A stretch of 32,000 nucleotides of DNA, taken from NCBI GenBank assembly GCA_003516025.1, contig CP023991.1:570001-602000 (forward strand), written 5' to 3'. The position numbers and the translations under genes were made by a program. The DNA comes from Candidatus Saccharimonadota bacterium. GTDB taxonomy: Bacteria > Patescibacteriota > Saccharimonadia > Saccharimonadales > UBA4665. Of the stretch, positions 14,933 to 21,967 are shown in pieces; position 1 is the stretch's first letter; each line of letters begins with the position of its first letter. Under the pieces are notes generated by a model. The model did no database searches, was not told where the DNA came from, and worked only from the letters and a program-made list of their open reading frames with translations.

Positions 14933-17288
14933 GGGTAAGTACATCGTACTCGAGGGTCCGGAGGGTGTAGGCAAGACGACACAGATACTGGAACTGTCGC
15001 GCCGTTTGCAGGCTGCTGGCTTGCCAGTACGGGTACTACGTGAACCCGATAGTCAAAGCGACCTGACAGCCCGGGCCATCCGCCAGCTGACCCAGGACCC
15101 GCGTTACCCTATGAATACGCGTACTGAAGTACTCTTGTATAACGCTGCACGCGCGCAGTCGCTGCAGGTTATCCGTGAAAGTGTCGCTCAAGGCGTTCAC
15201 TGTATTGTTGATCGAAACTACCTTACTACACTGGCTATTCAATATTACGGTCGCGGCGACGTGCCGGATTACGAAACCATTAACAGCATCATTGCTTTCG
15301 CGGTCGGCGACATGGAACCGGATCTCTGCGTCGTGCTTGATGCGCCAGTGCAGACATTGAAAGAACGTGCCGGACACCGCGGCAGCGGTGAACGTTTCGA
15401 TAACCTGGACGAGGCATTCCTGGAACGAGTTCGGGCTGGTTATCTCTGGGAGGCCAAACAGCGTGATTTCCCCGTAGTTTTCGCTAATGAACCCCCTGAA
15501 ATTGTCGCTGAAGAGATATGGCAACACGTTACAACGGAACTCGGCAAACGAAAAGGAAGTATTTCTACTACCAGCCAGCCTGAGTCAATTAAACAGATCG
15601 TGGCCACCAAAGCCAGCACAAAGCAGGCAAGCGGCACAGTTGAAGCACCGGCACTCAACGAAGCTACAAAAACGTCAGTTCCTGATCCGGCCGAAGAAGA
15701 AAAAGCGCTGGTCCAAAAAGATAACAACGGTCGTTATACCATTACTGAAGATGGTTACAGCTACCTTAAAGATGCCGTCACTGATACAACAGGCAACGTC
15801 TATGCTTTTACAGACAAACTAAGCCCGGTAACAATCGCCGCCGCCATGGCCCGGCTGAGCCGCCGCGGCGATGATATGCGCATTACTATCCTTGATGAGT
15901 TTGCCGAAAAAGCCGGCAAGGATGAGAAGCTGCTGCAACGCGTCATTACGGCTTACGGTGATGATTCAGTACAGCAGCTAGCCGGCATGCACGTGGTTAT
16001 AGAAAACGCCAGCAACTTGCTAACCAAAAAACTTGAGTGGGGACGCTTGGCAGCCTACCTCGAACAATCAACCCGATACATTTACTATGATCAGAAAGAT
16101 CAGCGGGGTCAGTATAAGTATCATATTCCCAAAGAATTAGATGAAAAAATCCGTCAGGAATACTGCATACATATTGATCGCATCTTCGACCTGTATTCCA
16201 GTATGGTTCATCGCTTAACTGATTACGTACGCGAGCACTCCAGCGTGCCACAAGCCGAACGAGACGTTGCGTTTAATAGCGCCACCAGAGCGCAGGCATG
16301 TGATGCCATTCGCCCAGTACTGCCTGTGGCCACAACCTCAACCGTCGGAATATTTGGTTCAGGTCAGGCTCTGGAAAACCTCATTATGCACTTGCAATCA
16401 GAAGATACGCAGGAAGCCCGTGATACCGGTGATGACATTTTGAAAGCAGTACGCCAAGTGACACCTATATTATTCGAACGAGCCGATAAACCGGATCGGG
16501 GCGGAGCAGCTATAGCCTACCGCGCTACTACCAAGCAAAAGGTTTCTGAATTGGCGGATGAATACCTGTCCGATTTCCATGCGGACGGCAACCCGGAACC
16601 AGTGACACTCACCGACGTATGGCCTGCCAATGAACTACAGTTAGTAGCCGATATGCTCTATGAGCACAGTTCATTGCCACTAAGCGCTATCCAAAAAGCA
16701 GTAGCCACCTGGAGCTATGACAAAAAGGCTTCTGTATTGCAAGCTTACATGGGCGAACGGCTTAATCGCCGTCACCGCCCGGGTCGGGCCCTTGAAAAAG
16801 CGCACTACAGTTGGGATCTCGTTTGTGATTACGGCATCTTCCGCGATTTGCAACGCCACCGTATGGTAGATGATTTGGAATGGCAGCAGCTGTCTCCTCG
16901 CTACGGTTTCGAAGTGCCTGAACTGGTCGATGAAGCGGGCTTAACTGACGATTTCGAAGAATGTTTCGCTATAAGCCTTAAACTGTATAGCCTACTGCAG
17001 CAAGCAGGCTACAAAACCGAAGCCCAATACGCTACGTTGCTTGGTCACCGGATGCGCTGGAAGGTTACCTACAATGCCCGCGAAGCCTTTCACCTGCATG
17101 AACTGCGTACCAGCCCGCAAGGCCATCCTGGATACCGTAAATTAGTACAGCAAATGCATGAAAAATTAGCCGAACAGCATCCAATGCTGGCCGAAGCTAT
17201 GAAGTTTGTTAATAAAGGCGAAGACGAAGAACTAACGCGCCTTGCCGCTGAACGCTACACGCAGTTTAAACTGAACCAGTTGCAGTAG
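14925..17288 (+). CDS. tmk-thyX: Fusion protein: N-terminal thymidylate kinase (Tmk) + S/T/A/K/E-rich linker + long (tandem) flavin-dependent thymidylate synthase ThyX-like region
   Basis: 787 aa from ATG 14925. Residues 1-205 form the Tmk domain: YIVLEGPEGVGKTTQ P-loop and VDRNYLT. Residues ~206-265 form a low-complexity linker. The rest is ThyX-like. One half carries WGRLAAYLEQSTRY (nt ~16035-16079). The other carries the ThyX signature RHR (nt 16854-16862) ...LSPRY. Confidence 0.8.
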   Translation: MSKGKYIVLEGPEGVGKTTQILELSRRLQAAGLPVRVLREPDSQSDLTARAIRQLTQDPRYPMNTRTEVLLYNAARAQSLQVIRESVAQGVHCIVDRNYLTTLAIQYYGRGDVPDYETINSIIAFAVGDMEPDLCVVLDAPVQTLKERAGHRGSGERFDNLDEAFLERVRAGYLWEAKQRDFPVVFANEPPEIVAEEIWQHVTTELGKRKGSISTTSQPESIKQIVATKASTKQASGTVEAPALNEATKTSVPDPAEEEKALVQKDNNGRYTITEDGYSYLKDAVTDTTGNVYAFTDKLSPVTIAAAMARLSRRGDDMRITILDEFAEKAGKDEKLLQRVITAYGDDSVQQLAGMHVVIENASNLLTKKLEWGRLAAYLEQSTRYIYYDQKDQRGQYKYHIPKELDEKIRQEYCIHIDRIFDLYSSMVHRLTDYVREHSSVPQAERDVAFNSATRAQACDAIRPVLPVATTSTVGIFGSGQALENLIMHLQSEDTQEARDTGDDILKAVRQVTPILFERADKPDRGGAAIAYRATTKQKVSELADEYLSDFHADGNPEPVTLTDVWPANELQLVADMLYEHSSLPLSAIQKAVATWSYDKKASVLQAYMGERLNRRHRPGRALEKAHYSWDLVCDYGIFRDLQRHRMVDDLEWQQLSPRYGFEVPELVDEAGLTDDFEECFAISLKLYSLLQQAGYKTEAQYATLLGHRMRWKVTYNAREAFHLHELRTSPQGHPGYRKLVQQMHEKLAEQHPMLAEAMKFVNKGEDEELTRLAAERYTQFKLNQLQ

Positions 17289-17301
17289 CGGCCGGTATAG
17301 T

Positions 17302-17793
17302 CTATTCACATGCATTATTAACGCGTGCCAGTTCCAATACCTCGGATGGATACACTGAATAGGCATATCTAATGGGAACTTCAGTACTGTTAGTACTGGT
17401 GGTTTCCTCGACTAAAACATGCTCTCCAAACTCTGCGACAGCGCGCACAGCGACATGCTTGTCGTCAGGCGCTGCATCAGCCCACAAGTGGGTATCTATT
17501 TCTGAAACTATAGCGAGCCTCGCGAGGCGGTTAACGAACTTGGTGCGCCGGGCAATCATGTCAGGCTGGACGGTTTGCTCACCAATTATCGTATCGTCAA
17601 ATACTGCTACTTGCGCAGGACCAATAATGGCGTCTTTACCGTTTCGGCGGGAATTTTTGATAGCATTTACCAGCATGCCGAAGGCTAACGCATCACCATA
17701 CTCGTTTCTGGATTGTAGTTGCGCGGTATCAGCTGTCTCTACCGGCAAAGGTGCTGTTTCGTTTGGCGCTCTACGAAATGAATCATCACACAT
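17302..17793 (-). CDS. Hypothetical protein (163 aa)
   Basis: Clean ORF convergent with tmk-thyX, with a 13-nt gap between the stops. No motif recognised. Confidence 0.6.
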   Translation of the reverse strand: MCDDSFRRAPNETAPLPVETADTAQLQSRNEYGDALAFGMLVNAIKNSRRNGKDAIIGPAQVAVFDDTIIGEQTVQPDMIARRTKFVNRLARLAIVSEIDTHLWADAAPDDKHVAVRAVAEFGEHVLVEETTSTNSTEVPIRYAYSVYPSEVLELARVNNACE

Positions 17794-17828
17794 ATCTTTA
17801 TACTCTTAATTAATTTACATAAGTCATT

Positions 17829-17972
17829 AAAAAAGCCGGACCTGATGTCGGTCCGGCTCATTTGATTTTCGATGTTTATTCGTGAGACTAGACCAACATA
17901 GCATCAGCAAACATCCATACAATTGACTTGCAGGTAATTTGCTGGTTGGTATGTCGAAGTAGTTGACTCACG
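17829..17972 (-). ncRNA. Candidate ~145-nt structured RNA (independent sRNA or attenuating 5' leader of the 17302-17793 gene)
   Basis: It is bounded by a minus-strand promoter (17979-18006) and a strong intrinsic terminator. The terminator pairs AGCCGGACC (17834-17842) with GGTCCGGCT (17850-17858), with a U5 tract on the minus strand (17829-17833). Between them is a long three-part hairpin: 17879-17886/17967-17974, 17892-17897/17945-17950 and 17905-17911/17938-17944. No ORF longer than a few codons is present. Confidence 0.4.
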
Positions 17973-17978
17973 AACCTT

Positions 17979-18006
17979 AGTGTAGGCGGTTTATAGCATT
18001 TGTCAA
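17979..18006 (-). promoter_or_regulatory. Sigma70-like promoter driving the candidate RNA
   Basis: Minus strand: TTGACA (18006-18001), 16 nt, TACACT (17984-17979). Confidence 0.45.
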
Positions 18007-18037
18007 GCGCCTTTCCAGACGGAACGCATTACAATAT

Positions 18038-18066
18038 TTGACAAATGATTCAGCTTGCAGTTTGAT
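18038..18066 (+). promoter_or_regulatory. Putative promoter of the hypothetical-ilvA operon
   Basis: TTGACA (18038-18043), 17 nt, TTTGAT (18061-18066). It lies back-to-back with the minus-strand promoter. Confidence 0.4.
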
Positions 18067-18116
18067 GGTAACAGTATGAAACGGTCCTATCTTATACCGA
18101 TTATTAGCATTACACA

Positions 18117-18190
18117 GCTGTGCTTCACCAATGTTGAAGCCTCGGTGTCATAAACGCCGCAAGCACAGCCCGACCCAATATGGCTTCAAC
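18117..18190 (+). promoter_or_regulatory. Candidate structured 5' leader (interleaved helices, pseudoknot-like)
   Basis: Two perfect 9-bp complementarities are arranged A-B-A'-B'. The first pairs GCTGTGCTT (18117-18125) with AAGCACAGC (18161-18169). The second pairs GTTGAAGCC (18133-18141) with GGCTTCAAC (18182-18190). They lie 30 nt upstream of the AAGGAA RBS and ATG 18221. Confidence 0.35.
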
Positions 18191-18220
18191 GGAGCCATAT
18201 TTAATTTTAAGGAAACATAC

Positions 18221-18580
18221 ATGCGTTTTACACCTGGTGACCCTGCCCAAGACATTGCCAATCTCGTCGCGGCGGCAAGAGACGATACAAACCCTGAACT
18301 GATGAGGCTGGCAGTAATTACGACCGAGCGATTCAAACGTGAAGTCCGCGACCGGTGTGTCAATCACATACAACGGCTCGGCATGTCACTCGACGGCGCG
18401 AGCTTTGAACCGCCTGAAGTTTTATGTGAGCCCGATGAAGTGGCCGTACATCTTCCCGTAACAGGACTACCGGAAAAACAGGCACGAGCCGCCAGCTTGA
18501 TCGCGAGCCATGTGCTCTATGTGACCGCCGTTGAGCTGGTCGGCCAGCAAAGCGATATAAGCAGGGACTGCCCACGATGA
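18221..18580 (+). CDS. Hypothetical protein (119 aa), translationally coupled to ilvA
   Basis: ATG 18221 is preceded by AAGGAA with 7-nt spacing, whereas the track start 18131 has no SD. The stop overlaps the ilvA start (ATGA at 18577-18580). Confidence 0.6.
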   Translation: MRFTPGDPAQDIANLVAAARDDTNPELMRLAVITTERFKREVRDRCVNHIQRLGMSLDGASFEPPEVLCEPDEVAVHLPVTGLPEKQARAASLIASHVLYVTAVELVGQQSDISRDCPR

Positions 18581-20073
18581 ACGAAGCTGTTAAACAAACC
18601 TTATTAGCTCCGGTATACGACGTGAGTACTATCACGCCGCTCCAACAGGCCGCGCGCTTATCAGGACAATACGGCAACGACATATACCTCAAGCGGGAGG
18701 ATCTGCAGCCAATCCATTCCTTTAAAATTCGTGGTGCGTACAATAAAATGGTCCATCTCACTGCCGAAGAACGGCGCAACGGTGTCATCGCCGCCAGCGC
18801 CGGTAACCACGCGCAGGGCGTTGCTCTCAGCGCGCGTAAATTAGGTATTCCAGCCACTATCGTCATGCCTCAAACGACACCGGAAATTAAAGTAAGGGCA
18901 GTGAAAGACTATGGCGCTGACGTAATACTAGCCGGAGATAACTACAGCGAAGCCTACGAGGCCTGCCGTGACGTTATGGCATCATCCGGACAGACCCTCA
19001 TACATCCATTCGATGACGAAATGGTAATTGCCGGCCAGGGCACGGTCGGCCGTGAAATACTGGAACAGCTGCCGGACGTCGACTATATTTTCATACCGGT
19101 CGGCGGAGGAGGTCTGATAGCCGGCATAGCACAATACATAAAAGCCCTGCGGCCGGATGTACGTATCATCGGGGTCGAGCCTGACGACAGTAACGCCATG
19201 CAGGCATCATTACAGGCTGGCGAACGCCTGACCTTGCCGCATGTCGGCGTATTTGCCGATGGTGTAGCTGTCAAGCAAGTCGGCAGTCTGACGTATGATA
19301 TCTGTAAGCGCTACGTTGATGACATAGTGACCATAGATAATGACGCGATCTGCGCGGCCATCAAACAGATTTTCGAGGAAACGCGCAGTATCGTCGAGCC
19401 GGCGGGTGCTCTCAGTCTGGCCGGGGCGACAGCTTATCTGAACAGCCATGGCCTGCGACATAAGAAAATTGTGACTATTTGTAGTGGCGCTAACATGTCT
19501 TTTGAAAAGTTACAGTTTATTGCCGAGCGGACTTTACTGGGAAGCGGCAGGGAAGCGCTGTTCGCCGTCGAGCTGTCGGAACGGCCGGGAGCTCTTACGG
19601 ACTTATGCGCCAAGATAGTTGGTAAACATAATATCACTGCCTTTTCATACCGTCTCAAGAGCCGTGAATCTGCCACCATCTTTATTGGTATCAACCTGGC
19701 AAGCGAGACTGACAGGACAAAACTAATGCAGGCCCTGCGGGCAAACGGCTACAAATTTACCGATTATTCGTCCGACGATGTAGTAAAAGAGCACGTCCGG
19801 CACATGATAGGCGGTACGACGAGCGCGGCTACCAACGAGCATATTTACCTGGTAAATTTCCCTGAACGCCCCGGCGCTTTAGCCGATTTTTTACAGCGAT
19901 CAGGCAAGCAATTCAATATAAGTCTGTTTCACTACCGGGGGCAGGGCGGCGATGTCGGATCCGTCATGATCGGCTTCGAAGCGAGCGAGGCGCGCCAACT
20001 GGAGACCGCTATCGCGGCTACCGGCTACGACCACACGCCAGTCAAGTCAGCGGCTTTACGATCATTCCTCTAA
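18577..20073 (+). CDS. ilvA: Biosynthetic-type threonine ammonia-lyase (threonine dehydratase) with two C-terminal ACT-like regulatory domains
   Basis: 498 aa and colinear with my recollection of E. coli IlvA. Matching blocks are the PLP lysine block HSFKIRGAYNKM, SAGNHAQGVA, PVGGGGLIAGIA, and the C-terminal ...FPERPGALADFL...ISLFHYRGQGGDVGSV. Confidence 0.92.
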   Translation: MNEAVKQTLLAPVYDVSTITPLQQAARLSGQYGNDIYLKREDLQPIHSFKIRGAYNKMVHLTAEERRNGVIAASAGNHAQGVALSARKLGIPATIVMPQTTPEIKVRAVKDYGADVILAGDNYSEAYEACRDVMASSGQTLIHPFDDEMVIAGQGTVGREILEQLPDVDYIFIPVGGGGLIAGIAQYIKALRPDVRIIGVEPDDSNAMQASLQAGERLTLPHVGVFADGVAVKQVGSLTYDICKRYVDDIVTIDNDAICAAIKQIFEETRSIVEPAGALSLAGATAYLNSHGLRHKKIVTICSGANMSFEKLQFIAERTLLGSGREALFAVELSERPGALTDLCAKIVGKHNITAFSYRLKSRESATIFIGINLASETDRTKLMQALRANGYKFTDYSSDDVVKEHVRHMIGGTTSAATNEHIYLVNFPERPGALADFLQRSGKQFNISLFHYRGQGGDVGSVMIGFEASEARQLETAIAATGYDHTPVKSAALRSFL

Positions 20074-20111
20074 ACATTTGCGTTCAAAGCCATAAGCGTC
20101 GCCTTCCATCA

Positions 20112-20140
20112 TTGACCACCAGATGATTATAGACTATAAT
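20112..20140 (+). promoter_or_regulatory. Strong promoter of rplJ-rplL
   Basis: TTGACC (20112-20117), 17 nt, TATAAT (20135-20140). Confidence 0.55.
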
Positions 20141-20146
20141 AGCGTC

Positions 20147-20371
20147 TAAGTTGCCAGAGACAGTGACGGACAAACTTACCGCGAAAGCTATAAGCCAGTC
20201 TTAATAAGTCACCTAGGTCCAAACCTGTACAAACAATCGAACACGAACTGTTTGCACGCCTCTGGATTAAAAACCCTTAGGCGTTTTTGTTTGGCAACGA
20301 AACAACCCACGGTACGCGCGAAGGTCGAGGCGCACACCACAATATCCGTAACTAACTCGGAGAAAATGCAC
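20147..20371 (+). promoter_or_regulatory. Long (~225 nt) rplJ 5' leader, candidate L10(L12)n autoregulatory leader
   Basis: The interval between the predicted TSS and the rplJ ATG is non-coding. It contains a terminator-like element: ACGCCT (20256-20261) pairs with AGGCGT (20279-20284), followed by TTTTTGTTT. The 5' segment GTTGCCAGAG (20150-20159) is complementary both to CTCTGG (20260-20265) and to TGGCAAC (20292-20298). Confidence 0.4.
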
Positions 20372-20896
20372 ATGGCATTAACAAAAGTTAAGAAAGACGA
20401 AGTTGTCGCTGAAGTCGCTTCATTGCTCGGCTCTAGCAAAATGACCGTCGTGACCAAATACCAGGGCACAACCGTGAAGGCTCTTCAGAACCTCCGACGC
20501 GCCGGCCGGGGCAATGGTACCGCGATGAAAGTGGTTAAAAACCGCCTGGTTATTAAAGCTATCCAGCAAAACGACGCTCTAAAAGACATCGATACCAGCA
20601 ACTTGCAGGGAATGCTCCTCTACGCGTTTAACGCCGAAGATGAAGTAGCACCCGCACAGGTTATCGCCAACTTCGCAAAAACCAATCCAAGCCTCGAATT
20701 TGTTGGCGCTATCAGCGCGGAAGGCAAATTCCTGAGCGCGGACGAAGTTAAAGCCCTGGCAACACTGCCAGGCAAGAACGAACTCATTGGCCAGGTTGTC
20801 TGCATGCTGCTGTCACCAGTCAACGATGTCACTAACGCGCTCTCCGGTAACCTTCACGCCTTGCTTGATGGTATCCGGGACAAAGCCGCGGCTTAA
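20372..20896 (+). CDS. rplJ: 50S ribosomal protein L10
   Basis: MALTKVKKDEVVAEVASLLGSSKMTVVTKYQGTTVKALQNLRR... is a typical L10 N-terminus. ATG 20366 (MHMALTK) is an alternative start. The track start 20252 is an upstream in-frame extension through the leader. Confidence 0.92.
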   Translation: MALTKVKKDEVVAEVASLLGSSKMTVVTKYQGTTVKALQNLRRAGRGNGTAMKVVKNRLVIKAIQQNDALKDIDTSNLQGMLLYAFNAEDEVAPAQVIANFAKTNPSLEFVGAISAEGKFLSADEVKALATLPGKNELIGQVVCMLLSPVNDVTNALSGNLHALLDGIRDKAAA

Positions 20897-20951
20897 TAAT
20901 CATCCGGTCGGTCAATTCAACCGCCGGGTTTAATGGAAGGAATCTACCAAA

Positions 20952-21326
20952 ATGGCTGATTTAAAGAAACTGGCAGAAGACCTTACTAAGTTGACTGTCC
21001 TCGAAGTAAATGAACTGAAGACCATCCTTAAGGATGAGTACGGCATTGAGCCGGCTGCTGCAGCTGTCGCTGTTGCCGGTCCTGCTGGCGACGCAGCTCC
21101 TGCTGAAGACGCTAAGACTGAGTTTGATGTCGTCCTGAAGGACGCTGGTGCCGCTAAGGTAGCTGTTATTAAGGCCGTTAAAGACCTCACCGGTCTTGGT
21201 CTTGGTGAAGCTAAGGCTCTCGTTGATGGTGCTCCAAAGACCATTCTCGAAAAGGCTGGCAAAGACGACGCTGACAAGGCTAAAAAAGCCTTGGAAGACG
21301 CCGGCGCTTCTGTTGAACTCGCCTAG
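20952..21326 (+). CDS. rplL: 50S ribosomal protein L7/L12
   Basis: 124 aa with an N-terminal dimerisation helix, an Ala/Pro hinge ([18 protein letters not shown]), and a C-terminal domain [29 protein letters not shown]. Confidence 0.97.
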   Translation: MADLKKLAEDLTKLTVLEVNELKTILKDEYGIEPAAAAVAVAGPAGDAAPAEDAKTEFDVVLKDAGAAKVAVIKAVKDLTGLGLGEAKALVDGAPKTILEKAGKDDADKAKKALEDAGASVELA

Positions 21327-21346
21327 TTTCAGACGGTTCATACCAC

Positions 21347-21389
21347 AAAGACAATACCGCAATACTTTTTTGCGGTATTGTCTTTTTTT
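21347..21389 (+). terminator. Strong intrinsic terminator after rplL
   Basis: AAAGACAATACCGC (21347-21360) pairs with GCGGTATTGTCTTT (21372-21385), and the T-run continues to 21389. Confidence 0.85.
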
Positions 21390-21416
21390 ATACAGCAATC
21401 TTATAATAACCGGACT

Positions 21417-21839
21417 ATGACAGTTCCTCACTCCTACGAAACCCCTCGAAGTGCGCAGAACCCCTATGTATCCATCGGCGTTACGGCAGTGGTACTTACC
21501 GGCCTTATATACGCCAACCATCTAGCCGGCGAACGGCTTACCCATGAATCCAGTTATAGCTGCGAAAGTCTGAACTCAATACCCGGTACGACGCAGATAG
21601 TAGCCCATGTTCTAGTAACCAGTATGGACGCGAGCAAATTTTTACCTGAAAGCGTTGCGCAGGACACCGCTCGGTCATACATATTGCAGGGAGGCTGCGG
21701 GCAAAGCGCAGACGGACATTTCGCTGTCGGACCGATTGGATGCCAATCAGTTGATGCCATGTCCCAACCAGGGGAAGCGTATATCATCGACTGTATTGCG
21801 ACTCAGTACGAACCGCTGCCGTTCATGCCGCAAGATTAG
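21417..21839 (+). CDS. Hypothetical N-terminally membrane-anchored protein with a 4-Cys extracytoplasmic domain
   Basis: 140 aa from ATG 21417; the track start 21378 lies inside the rplL terminator. It has one hydrophobic helix (VSIGVTAVVLTGLIYA) followed by a domain with four Cys. Confidence 0.55.
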   Translation: MTVPHSYETPRSAQNPYVSIGVTAVVLTGLIYANHLAGERLTHESSYSCESLNSIPGTTQIVAHVLVTSMDASKFLPESVAQDTARSYILQGGCGQSADGHFAVGPIGCQSVDAMSQPGEAYIIDCIATQYEPLPFMPQD

Positions 21840-21867
21840 TAGTTATCCACAAAAAGTAGTTAAATCT

Positions 21868-21896
21868 TTGACTTGACTTTGGCTTCGTGATACGGT
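21868..21896 (+). promoter_or_regulatory. Putative extended -10 promoter
   Basis: TTGACT (21868-21873), 17 nt, TACGGT (21891-21896), preceded by TGA (TGn). Confidence 0.3.
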
Positions 21897-21967
21897 TAGT
21901 TACAAGAGGACATAGACAAACAGAACACTGTTGAGAAAAGTTTGAGAGACCTAACGAGAACGAAAAG

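Noticed and set aside
20961-21521. 186-aa minus-strand ORF (plus 20930-21277, 115 aa)
   Set aside because: It is antisense to the unmistakable rplL gene and runs through its terminator. This is a typical shadow ORF of a GC-biased, Ala-rich gene.
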